Below, one piece after another: positions 18,408 to 35,080 of a stretch of DNA of 64,000 nt. Both the position numbers and the translations under genes were made by a program. The stretch lies in NCBI RefSeq assembly GCF_009914755.1, contig NC_060939.1, one strand, 5' to 3'. Source of the stretch: the human T2T-CHM13v2.0 reference genome, Homo sapiens. Positions within the stretch are counted from its first letter, which is position 1; each line of letters begins with the position of its first letter. A model generated the notes under the pieces. It had not been told where the DNA came from and did not search any database. It saw nothing but the letters and a program-made list of their open reading frames with translations.

Positions 18408-18963
18408 TAGTACACTGCTTGACACATAATAGGCCTTCAATAAATATTTTGTTTAATGAATGAATGAATAATAGCAGCTATCATTTAATGAGTACCTATT
18501 CTGTGCCAGATACTGTACAAGATGCTGTAAATACATTATACCAGCCCTGATATTCCAATGAACAAACTAAAGCTCGGAGGTTAAATAACTTTCCTGAGTC
18601 TACGACGTTAGGAAGTAGCAGAGTCAAGATGGAACCCAGCACTGTCTGGCCCTATGGTCCTTGTTTCCTGATGCCATTCTGTGGCAGCAGGAAAATAATA
18701 GGATTTGAAGTAAGATAGATCTCGTTCAAAACCTGACTCTGACTTTCATTAACTAGCAACACGACATCGAGTAACACTTAATAACAATTCATTATCTACT
18801 TTAAGCCTCAATTTCTTCAACTTTAAAGTGGGATGATAATAACTATAACATGAGTCTGTGATCCTCCTTACTGAAGAATTTAGCATGCTATAGATATCCA
18901 ATGGTGGTTCCCCATTTTACCCAACATTAATAACAGAGATGGTCCATTAAAAACCACACACTT

Positions 18964-19258
18964 GGCCAGGCACAGTGGCTCGTGCCTGTAATCCCAGCAC
19001 TTTGGGAGGCTGAGAAGAGCGGATCACTTGAGCTCAGCAGTTCAAGACCAGCCTGGGCAACATGGCAAAACCTCGTCTCTACAAAAAAATACAAAAATTA
19101 GCCAGGTGTGGTGGTGTGTGCCTGTGGTTGCAGCTACTCAGGGGCTGTCACAGGAGGCTCACTTGAGCCTGGGAGGCAGAGGTTGCAGTGAGCCAAGGTT
19201 TCTCCACTGTACTCCAGGCCTGGGTGACAGAGCTAGACCCCGTCTCAAAAAATAAAAC
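18964..19258 (+). mobile_element. Alu (J-like)
   Basis: Alu dimer. Confidence 0.92.
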
Positions 19259-19793
19259 AACACACACACACAAACACACATACGGTAAGCTCAGTGTTCA
19301 AATAACACAAGTAGCTATTGAAATGAAAGGAAAAAACCCCACAAATTTATCAATGAACTGAGAATTTAACTCAGACATTTTAACAAACTGTTATATTACT
19401 ACACTTGGTGTACCATATGTAGAAATCAATGATTTAACAATTTGATTGTAAAAAATTGGCTAAAGGCAGAAAGACATACTGGAAGAAGCACAGGATTAGG
19501 AGTGAGAAGATTTAAGTTCATTATTTAGTGACTGGACATTCCTGTTAGTCATCTCATTTCTTTCCCCTCACCTATGAAGTAGGATAGTAAAACTTGGTTA
19601 TGTGAAACTGCAATATACATATATTTAAAAGTGCTTTGTGAATTCTAAGGTCTGTATAAACACTTTAAACAGCTTAAAGAATTTTTAAGAATAAATTTCA
19701 GGTTTTCTAGGTTTTGTTCCTAAGATCAACCTTTTATTTGGGATATTTTTATTTGGGATTATTCCTAAATAAAAATATTTAGAAAGCAAATTA

Positions 19794-20027
<234 letters not shown>

Positions 20028-20179
20028 TCATTCTAACCTCTCAACTTTTCTATATGTTCAAAATTTTCCATATATCAAGTAAAAATAATAAATAAATAAT
20101 CATATAAATATTAAAATAAAACATGGGTGAACTTCTTTACATCCTGGGAGTAGAAAATGCCCTTCTAACTATGAAATGA

Positions 20180-20490
<311 letters not shown>

Positions 20491-20499
20491 AAATAAATT

Positions 20500-23400
<2,901 letters not shown>

Positions 23401-23603
23401 TTGGAAAAAAATGCTCAATCCTTCATGAGGCTATATGCTAAGAGGGAGAAAGAATGCTTTCTACCATTCTTTGGAAAAGCACACAAAAGTGGGCACTCAA
23501 TCAAAATTAAGGGAAAAGTACAGCTAAGAAGTCAGAATGTTCAGATGCTATCGTGACAAGCAGAACCTTTAGAAAGATGAGAGTCTCTGCAGCCTTCACT
23601 CAC

Positions 23604-23679
23604 CGTAAGTCGCCCCCTCCATTGGCTGCTGCCTTCCATTGCTCAGACTTTCAGGCAAATTTTTCAAAACTGAAATGAG
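23604..23679 (-). CDS. MTFMT: MTFMT coding exon 5
   Basis: acceptor T14-gtag|C, donor G|gtgagt; LISVLKNLPESLSNGRQQPMEGATY; 76 nt. Confidence 0.97.
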
Positions 23680-23779
23680 CTACAAAAAAAAAAAAAAGAG
23701 TGTGATATATTCAAAATGAAGGGAAGAACAAAAGCAGAAACACATTACAATTCAGCACCATGAAATAACCTATAACTTT

Positions 23780-23838
23780 TTTTCTTTTTCTTTTTTCAAA
23801 TTAAAAAAAAAATCTTTACTATTGGCTCTTCAAGGCTG
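23780..23838 (-). mobile_element. Orphan 59-bp retro-insertion with 13-bp TSD
   Basis: AACCTATAACTTT at 23767-23779 and 23839-23851; A-rich tail on minus; TTTT/AA target site. Confidence 0.7.
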
Positions 23839-24917
23839 AACCTATAACTTTAAAAGATCTATGTGGCAGGGTAAGGTAGTACATTGGCTTAAGCTGTGAG
23901 GATAGGTGTCTACTTGGGGAAACCTCAGTAGAGATTCTGCTTTCTGTAGAGTACAGGTCATTGATTCACTTCTAGAGAATGCTGTGGAAGCTTTGGCATC
24001 AGGATAGCCCGGGCTTGGCTATACACACTCTCACCCCATGGGGGCCAAGGCAGTGAAACCTCACAGGACAATGTACTATGGAGTCACCCAGCTCTGGGTT
24101 CAAGTCCTAGTTCTACCACCTACCAGCTGTCTCATTGTGGAAAAGTTATTTAGCTTGTCTCTGGCCTTCAATGTCATCATCTGTGAAACAATCAACAGCA
24201 ACAACTACCTCAAAGTTGAGAGGGTAAAAAGAAAAAGTCCATACAGTATCTAGAACAGTTGTAGAACACAAGCCAATGTTCAATAAACGGCAGTCACTAT
24301 TGTAAGATCATTTGTGAGGTAAGTGCCTAGAATAGGAAATACCATCTATACAGGTGGGAAAAAAATATTCCTCTGTATAAAATTAACCCGTTCATATGGA
24401 AAACATAAGTTTAGTCATTAAACATTTACCCAGACTCTACTCATGCAGTTTCAATGAATTATATATACAAAGCCACAGAAAAAAGAAGGATCATCTATAG
24501 GTAGAATGGTCAGCAGAATTCTAGTGCAAATGACTGAAGCCAGGCAAAGAAATGGAAGGAAAGCTAAGAGTCGCTTAGAAAATTGCTGTTAGTTCATTCT
24601 GACAGGGATGCAAGGTATACATACCAGAGTGCGGAGAGTGAAATTGAGAAGAATAGTCTAAGACCTCACTATGGCATGTAGTAGGTCATGTAAGATCACC
24701 TGTTTCACTTGAAAGCCTTTATTCAGTACTTACTCTTTGTAAATTCTCAAAGATTTACATGAGATCACAAATGCCAGGCTAATTTTTAGGAAGCCAAAGA
24801 TAGAAATTACTCTTTTTTGTTTTTAAGAAAATTAGAAGTCACAAAATTGTTCTTCTTTTTATAACCACTTAGGAAACCCACTAAATGAGTAAAAAGCAGT
24901 AGGATATTGGGGAATTA

Positions 24918-25034
<117 letters not shown>

Positions 25035-25103
25035 TCAAAAGCAAATAATGACAATGATTACCATTTCCTGAATCAATGTTTGTCTACACACAAAAAGATA
25101 CAA

Positions 25104-25238
25104 GCTGGGTACAGTGGTCTGCATGCCTATAGTCCTAGTTGCTCAGGAGGCTGAGGCAGCAGGATTGCTTGATCCCTGGAGTTTGAGACCAGCCTGGGCA
25201 ACACAGCTAGCCCCTATCTCTTAAAAAAAATAAATAAA
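25104..25238 (+). mobile_element. Alu monomer (FLAM-like)
   Basis: single arm with A tail. Confidence 0.8.
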
Positions 25239-25587
25239 GATAGTTTATCACTGGCTATTAATTTGGCTGTTAGACATTAGCAAGGAAGATATGTCAGTTT
25301 GAAAGACGGGAGAACAAAATATGGCCTGTGTTTAGAGTCTAAATTTATTTTTCCCTAAAGCAAAGAAACGATACAGTTGCATATCAGGAATTTAATTACA
25401 ATTACAGAAAAATTATATCATTAGTAATAGCATGAAAAAATCTCTATTTGTATATGAAAAGCATAAGGCAAAGAATTTATTTTCCATGGAAGTACAGTTA
25501 GGAAGTTCATAATTATTTATTTCTATAGTCCCTTCCTCAAAGGATAAGAGTTTTGCCTAGATTATCACCATAGGTGATTATAAGTAG

Positions 25588-25921
<334 letters not shown>

Positions 25922-26088
25922 TCAAGCTCTGTAAACACTGGTCATAGGTTTTCATGAGCAATATGCTTTATTTAATTTTTTTTTGCTTTTTGTTTTTGTT
26001 AATTCTATTTCTAACCTAGGAGCTTTAGTAAAATGTTTATTGTGAAAAATTGCAAACATTCACAAAAACGGAGTGAACAGTCTAATGA

Positions 26089-26395
<307 letters not shown>

Positions 26396-27077
26396 CAGAT
26401 TTTAGAACTACCAAAGTTTTGCCACTCTTGTCTCATCTACTCTCTCTCTTGTTTTCTGAAGTAAGTTAAAGCAAATCCCAGATACCACGTTGTTCTTGCG
26501 AACTTGTGAATTATTCTTTTCTAAGGGGAAATTAGGTGGTAACAGGCAGAGACTGAATAAACTCCTCAAGTAATTCTAAATAATTGTTTCTAAAAAATTG
26601 TTCTACATTGTTTCTAAATTGTTCTAAACTATAGGTATGACAGGAAAAAATGAATGTTTTAGGACAATTATATTGCATATTGATATACAATATATTCTTA
26701 TTTCAGGTTCCAAAAATTTTTTGGCCATAGTTTAGAAACCAAGGCCAGCAAAACCAAGATTCAAAACAATTAACATACAAAAATCCATCTCTCATTTATA
26801 CAAGGTATTTTATAGAAATCCGAGTATTAATAATATAACCTATTTCAATTAACAAATTAAAATTCACATATGGACTTTAAAGAGACCCCGCATAAATACC
26901 AAAAGACATATGGTTTATGTTAGAAACCAGGAGAAAACAGAAAGGATATAAAAGCAGAAGAAGCACTCTGGAGTCACAGAAATTAGTGAGCACCACCCAT
27001 TCATCCACTGCCCCCCAAACAGGCTGACATCAACATTTAAAAATCACAAAAATCTCAAGAAAGGAAAATATGTGCTA

Positions 27078-27206
<129 letters not shown>

Positions 27207-27452
27207 TTAGAAAATGTAGAAATTAGTATGTCAGTGGGCTTTACCACTTCGTTACCACTACCTAAGCTATTATGCTACTTTTCATTAGGAAACTTTCCCA
27301 GAAATTTGGAAAAACTGACAGTTAAATCTAAGTCTCGTATCACCTGAAAGGAAAAAAGTTACATGTAAATTCACTCTCTTACCATAAGAAACCAATGACA
27401 TTTAATTAAAAACAGAGCTAGGACAACTATTTGCTGTTCTAAAGATGTTCTG

Positions 27453-27737
27453 TCTGGGTGTGGTGGCTCATGCCTGTAATCCCAGCACTTTGAGAGGCCG
27501 AGGCGGGCGGATCACTTGAGATCGGGAGTTTGAGACCAGCCGGACCAACATGGAGAAACCCCATCTCTACTAAAAAGACAAAATTAGCCAGGTGTGGTGG
27601 CGCATGCCTGTAATCCCAGCTACTCGGAAGGCTGAGACAGGAGAATCGCTTGAACCTGGGAGGCAGAGGTGCAGTGAACCGAGATCACGCCATTGCACTC
27701 CAGCCTGGGCAACAAGAGCGAAACTCCGTCGCAAAAT
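27453..27737 (+). mobile_element. Alu (Sp-like), tail eroded
   Basis: accaacatggagaaacccc diagnostic. Confidence 0.92.
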
Positions 27738-28024
27738 CTACAACAGCCCATGATGTCTGGGAGTTTTTAAATAAAATTTTAAAATGCATTTATGACTATA
27801 AGAGAACCACTCAAACCCTATTATGCATCTCATGAACAATTCTAATTTTATAGTTTAGTCACATAACTATCCTCACTTCACTTGGTTTACATACAGACTG
27901 CCTAAAATAAGCTTTTTCTTTTTTTTTTAATTTTTTTTTGAGACAGGGTCTCGCTCTGTTGCCCAGGCTGGATGGCTCACTGCAGCCTCAACCTCCCAAG
28001 CTCAGGAGATCCTCAGCCCAATCC

Positions 28025-29290
28025 AACATTCACTGAGCGCACTCCATGTGCAGACACTGTTCTAAGTGTTAGGCATACAAGCAGCAGTGAACCAGACAGA
28101 AAAAAAAAATCCTGCCCTCAGAGAGTTTATGTACAAAAAGTGGGAGATAAGCAAGAAAAAACAAAATATGTACAAGGTTTGCCAGATGATGCTGAGGGCT
28201 ATGGAGAAAATAAAGCAGAGAGGACTATGAGGGGGACATATTACAATTTTAGTAGTGATCAGAGAAAGCTTTACCAACAAGAAAACACTTGAACAAGAAC
28301 ATGAAGAAGGAAATAACTACGCATATATATGGGAGAAAAGCATTCCAGGCAGAGGGAACATTAAGTACAAAGATCTTGAAGAAGGTAAATGCTCGGCAAA
28401 TTCAAGGCACAGCTGGGAGGCCAGTTAGGCCTGGCCTAACTTTTATTGAGTAAGACAGAAAATTACCAGAGGATTTTGAGCAGAGTGACATGATCTGACT
28501 TGTTTTAAAAGGATCACTTTGAGGCAGGGTACAGTGGCTCATGCCTGTAATCCCAAAACTTTGGGAGGCCAAGGCAGGAAGATCACATGCAGCCAGGAGT
28601 TTGGGACCAGGTTGGGCCACATAGCGAGATCCCTGTCTCTAAAAAAAAAAAAAAAAAAAAAAGAGTTAGCTGGGTGTGTTGGCACATTCCTATAGTCTCA
28701 GCTACTCAGAAGGCTGAGGCAGGAAGATCCCTTGAGTCTGGGGCTGCAGTGAGTTATGATAGCAACACTGTACTCCAGCCTGGGTGACAGCAAGACTGTC
28801 TCTAAATTAAACAATAAAATAGAAATAAATAAATAAATAAATAAATACATTTTGGCTGCTGGATTGGTAAAAGACTGAGAGGGCCAAGGACAGAAGTAGG
28901 GACCAGTTAGGAGGCTTCTGTAGTAATGTAGGCGAGAGTGGCAGCAGCGGAAGTGATGAGATACAGACAGATTCTACACAGATTTTGAAGGCAGAGCCAA
29001 TAGGATTTACTGATGGATTGGATATGGGATGTAAGAAATCAAGCATGACTCCAGGATTTTGGTGCAAGCAGCTAGAATGATGGAGTAGCCATTTATTGAG
29101 ATAAAGATTTTAGGAGATGCTTTGGGTATCTTGAATGTAAAGTGGCTATCAGACATCCAGGAAGAGCTGTGGAGGCAGTAGGTATTAGGGGACTAGAGTT
29201 TGGGGACCGAGCTGAGCTAGAGGGACCAATTTGGGCGTTGTCAGCATATATATGGAATTTAAATGAAGGTGGATGAAAGCCTATAGAGGG
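28025..29290. mobile_element. L2 relic with an Alu at 28522-28846
   Basis: L2-like text (gattttgaaggcagagccaataggatttactgatggattggat). Confidence 0.75.
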
Positions 29291-29364
29291 TGATAAGGAG
29301 TTAAATACATTTTGACAACTCATGCCACAAATAAAATGTTCTTTAGTACTTGAAAAGAAAATAT

Positions 29365-30129
29365 CAGGCCGAGTCATGTGTCAGCCAAATATGGCTGTGC
29401 CCAGGCGAGTTGAGCAAAGGCTTCAGTGAGCCCGGGCATGGCTGAAGACGACCTGGGGAGGCACCAACCAGCTGCTGGGAGAAGAGCATAAGGCTCAAGA
29501 TGGAAAATCATAAATCTAATACTATCAAGGAAAACTTAACAATCTTTGATATCATAACCAGAAAAATTAACCAGCTTCCACAAGCAGAAAGGAATCTACC
29601 TGAAGAGGGATCAGCATATGTTGGATTTAATGCTCTCTGTGGCCTCATAGCAAATGGTCTTTTTCAATGCGTCTTGAACATGACACAGGCTCTTACAGCT
29701 GCTGGCTTACCAATGGCAGTGATCCCTTTTCTTACAACAAACACAGCTTACAAAAGTTTTGTAAATTTTCCTTCGAATACAGGTGATTTGAATTGTGAAA
29801 CGTGTACCATAACACAGAGTGGATTGGTCTTGCTTTTGGTGGTCTATACCCTCTTTTCTTGTCTATACCTGTGACTGGAGGCCTAGCAGCCTGGTATGAA
29901 TCAACTCTGTTACCAGAGAAAGGGAACATCTTAAGTTACTGGATTCAAATTTATAAGCCTGTCTTTAGAAAGATGTTATTTCCTATTGTGTTCCAGACTG
30001 TGTTTGCAGCATTCCTTGGGTTTAAACAATATAAACTACTTCTAAAGGCCCTTCAGTTACCTGAACCTGGCAGAGAAATTCATTGACTTTAAGCAAACAT
30101 GTACAGAAAAATAAAATGGTAAAAATAAA
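29365..30129 (+). pseudogene. Processed pseudogene of TMEM126A in MTFMT intron 2, antisense to MTFMT
   Basis: intronless; ORFs 29500-29874 (MENHKSN...KINQLPQAERNL...CETCTITQSG) and 29802-30086 (GGLYPLFLSIPVTGGLAA...KALQLPEPGREIH) match the two halves of TMEM126A with one frameshift near 29823; AATAAA 30110-30115, A-rich tail, TSD AAAAGAAAATAT at 29353-29364 and 30130-30141. Confidence 0.95.
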
Positions 30130-30240
30130 AAAAGAAAATATTACAGAAAGCATAGAGTTCAAATTATCACATTTTATATACAAGGTCCATTTATAAAGAC
30201 CAAGGTTTCTATACTGTATTTCCTTACAAATAAAACTTAC

Positions 30241-30455
<215 letters not shown>

Positions 30456-30584
30456 TTAGATAGGAAGAAAAATGTGACAGTGTTAAGGCAATGACTCAAA
30501 GCTAAAACTACTTCACATATCGCTAAGTATGTTTATGATTAATCTCATGAAGCATTTAGGGCTAAATGATTAAAACTAGTGTGA

Positions 30585-30908
<324 letters not shown>

Positions 30909-31547
30909 CAGTTTTCATTTTTTATTTAATTTTAATTATTTAAAATGTAAAGAGTGACACGTGGCTAGTGGCTACTGTTTGAACAGTATCATTCTAGGGA
31001 TTTCCTGTGCATACAGAAACATATACAGTATGGATACTTTACACAACTGGGATATTACATACTGCTTTGCATTTTTTTTCCTTTTAACAATGCTATATAT
31101 GCTATTATGTGTCTTTTTGAAAAATGGGTTAAATATACGTATATTTGTATATTCACTGAACATTTCTAGAAGGAACTGAAAACAGTGGCTGTCTCTGGAT
31201 AAAGGAACTGGGAACTGCTAAACAGAGGTGGAAGGAAGTAACTTTTCACTGTATATCCTTTGAATCCATGGAACTTTTTTACCATAACCATGATGCCATT
31301 CAAACACTACTTTTTAAAAAACAAACAAAAATACATAACATGGCTATCATTCCATGGCAGTACCTGTAGCACTACCTCATCCTTTCTACCTGCTGCATAG
31401 CATTCTAGTACCCAGGGGGGTACATTTATTAAACAGGTATTGTATGTACACGTTGAGGAGTTATGAGGAGTATGTCCTGGGGCACTATAAAGAAAGCACA
31501 GGAGTAATGGAGCTGCCAAGTGAAGCATCATCAGAAGTATCAGGATA

Positions 31548-31840
31548 GGCCAGGAATGATGGCTCAGGCCTGTAATCTCAGCACTTTGGGAGGCCAAGGT
31601 GAGAGGATCACTTGATCCCAGGAGTTTGAGATAAGCCTGGGCAACATGGTGAAAACCCGCCTCTACAAAAAATTTAAAAATCAGGCGTGGTGGTGCACGC
31701 CCGTAGTCCTAGCTACTCTGGAAGCTGAGATGGGATGATTGCTTGATCTTTGAGGTCGAGGCTGCAGTGAGCTATGAGCCGGCCACTGCACTCCAGCCTG
31801 GGGGACAGCGCGAGACCTCGCCTCAGAAACAAACAAAAAA
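31548..31840 (+). mobile_element. Alu (J-like)
   Basis: Alu dimer. Confidence 0.92.
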
Positions 31841-32399
31841 AGTGTTGGTATAAATGTATAAATGCAGTGAGAGACGCATGTGACAACAGCAGCCCATGAA
31901 GGGTGTGCAAAGGGAACATGGGGTTTCCTTCCGGGTGTGTGCACAGAGGGGTGTGTGGAGGAAGGAAAACCACACAGGGGATTGACGAAGGATTCAATAC
32001 ATGAGGGGCTGCTGTGAAGTATCTGTAGGGAAAAGGAGATGGAGATGACCAAAAAAAGTGGAAGGAGGACTGCGTCAGAAAAAAACAGAATGGGGAAATA
32101 AAAAACATCAATTGGGAAAAAGAGGCAGAGAAGTATATACGGTATTGCCACCACATACCATGGACTCTCAGGACTGGTTGGATTTCAAATAATTTTCTTT
32201 CCCAGTAAACAAAACTTGTTAAATATTATGAATACTAAATGTATACCTAACAGTTCTGATTTATAAATTTATTCTTTTGAAAACAGGTCGTTTTTGGACT
32301 ATGTCCTTGTATACAAGCAGCACAGGGGGAGCAAAAGAGCGAGACACGGGTGTGCCGAAGGATGGGGGTCAGGAGGAACTGCAAAGCAGGGAACTTTGA

Positions 32400-33179
<780 letters not shown>

Positions 33180-33237
33180 TTATTTGCACTATGTAGCCAA
33201 TCCTCCAGAATAAGTCTTTCTTTTCTTTTTAAAATCG

Positions 33238-33239
33238 AT

Positions 33240-33290
<51 letters not shown>

Positions 33291-33549
33291 TTTCAGAAAG
33301 GGTCTTGCTCTGTCGCGCAGGCTGGAGTGCTGTGGCGCGATCTCTGCTTACTGCAACCTCACTGCTCCTGGGCTCAAGGGATCCTCCCACCTCAGCCTCC
33401 GGAGTAGCTGGGGTACAGGCACACATCACCATGCTGGGCTGATTTTTTGTAGAGAGAGTATCTCACTATGTTGCCCAGGTCTCAAGCAATCCTCCTGCCT
33501 TGGCCTCCCCAAGTGCTGGGGTTACAGGCGTGAGCCACTGCGCCGGCCC
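33238..33549 (-). mobile_element. Alu (J-like) with (ATTT)n microsatellite tail at 33238-33293
   Basis: Alu body plus about 14 ATTT units. Confidence 0.9.
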
Positions 33550-34211
33550 AGGATAAGTCTTTTGGTAACAAATCGTGCATGTTTTCAGACAATGAAACCT
33601 CATGTATATAGTGCATGTCATTTCCTCAACCATTATAACCAATATTTGCTGAGTACTTCACTCCGTGCCACGTTTTTGCTAAGCATTTTATATTCATTAT
33701 TCTGGTTAATCATCAGATCAACCTTAGGAGGTAGATACTATTACAAATATGTTACTGAAGAGAAACTGAAGCTCCGTGAAATTAAGGACTTACCAGTGTA
33801 TAAGGTCCACACAGCTAGTAAAGGACAGAGCAGAGGTGGGACTCTTGTAATTCCAACGCTTGTAATCCTAGCCGTTGGGCCTTCTCAGCGATCCTATGTA
33901 TTAGGCAAGTCAATTACCCACATTTTGCACCTGAGGAAACTGAGCCTTAGTTACTTGCCTGCAGTTACTTTCTTGAATCGAAGGCTCCATCTTTACTCCT
34001 CCCCTGTGGGTTCCTTTGCACACAGAAGGATACCATAGAGGTGATTCCTAGGGAAATGGACAGGGAACCTTATCCCCAGAAGACCTCCGAGGACCGTTAG
34101 TGCTTAGATTCTGTATCCCCAAAGCCTCCTTGAGTGGAGTCAGACATCCATGAAACAGGATCTGAGCAGAGACTGAAACCGAATTTTGTTCTAATCTTAT
34201 TCTCACCACCA

Positions 34212-34513
34212 TTTTTTTTTTTTTTTTTTTTTTTTTTGAGATGGAGTCTCGCTCTGTTTTTCAGGCTGGAGGGCAGTGGCGGGCGATCTTGGCTCACTGC
34301 AACCGCTGCTTCCCAGGTTCAGGCGATTCTCCTGCCTCAGCCTCCCAAGTAGCTGGGACATGCGCCACTACGCCTAGCTAATTTTTGTATTTTTAGTAGA
34401 GATGGGATTCACTATGTTGACCAGGCTGGTCTTGAACTCCTGACCTCAGGTGATCTGCCTGCCTTGGCCCCCCAACGTGCTAGGATTACAGGCATGAGCC
34501 ACTGCGCCCTGCC
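34212..34513 (-). mobile_element. Alu (S-like)
   Basis: Alu dimer; TSD tctcaccacc. Confidence 0.92.
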
Positions 34514-34757
34514 GTCTCACCACCTTTTCCCATCACACAGTCTTAAACCCAGTGACCCTGGACCAGTCCTTTTTCCTAAATTATGAGCTCTGCACATCCC
34601 TGCTCCTGTGCCTTTGCTCATGCTCCCTTCCTAGACTGCCTTCCCACATCTCTTCATCTCTAAATGGTATCCATTCTTCAACACGAAGTTCAGACATTCG
34701 CCCTGAAGCTTCAAGCTCTTGCCTCCTTAGATTTCTTGTCTTTCTCCATGTGCCCCT

Positions 34758-35080
<323 letters not shown>

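Noticed and set aside
33562-34038. 158-aa ORF upstream of the MTFMT promoter
   Set aside because: Non-ATG start and built from MIR-derived sequence.
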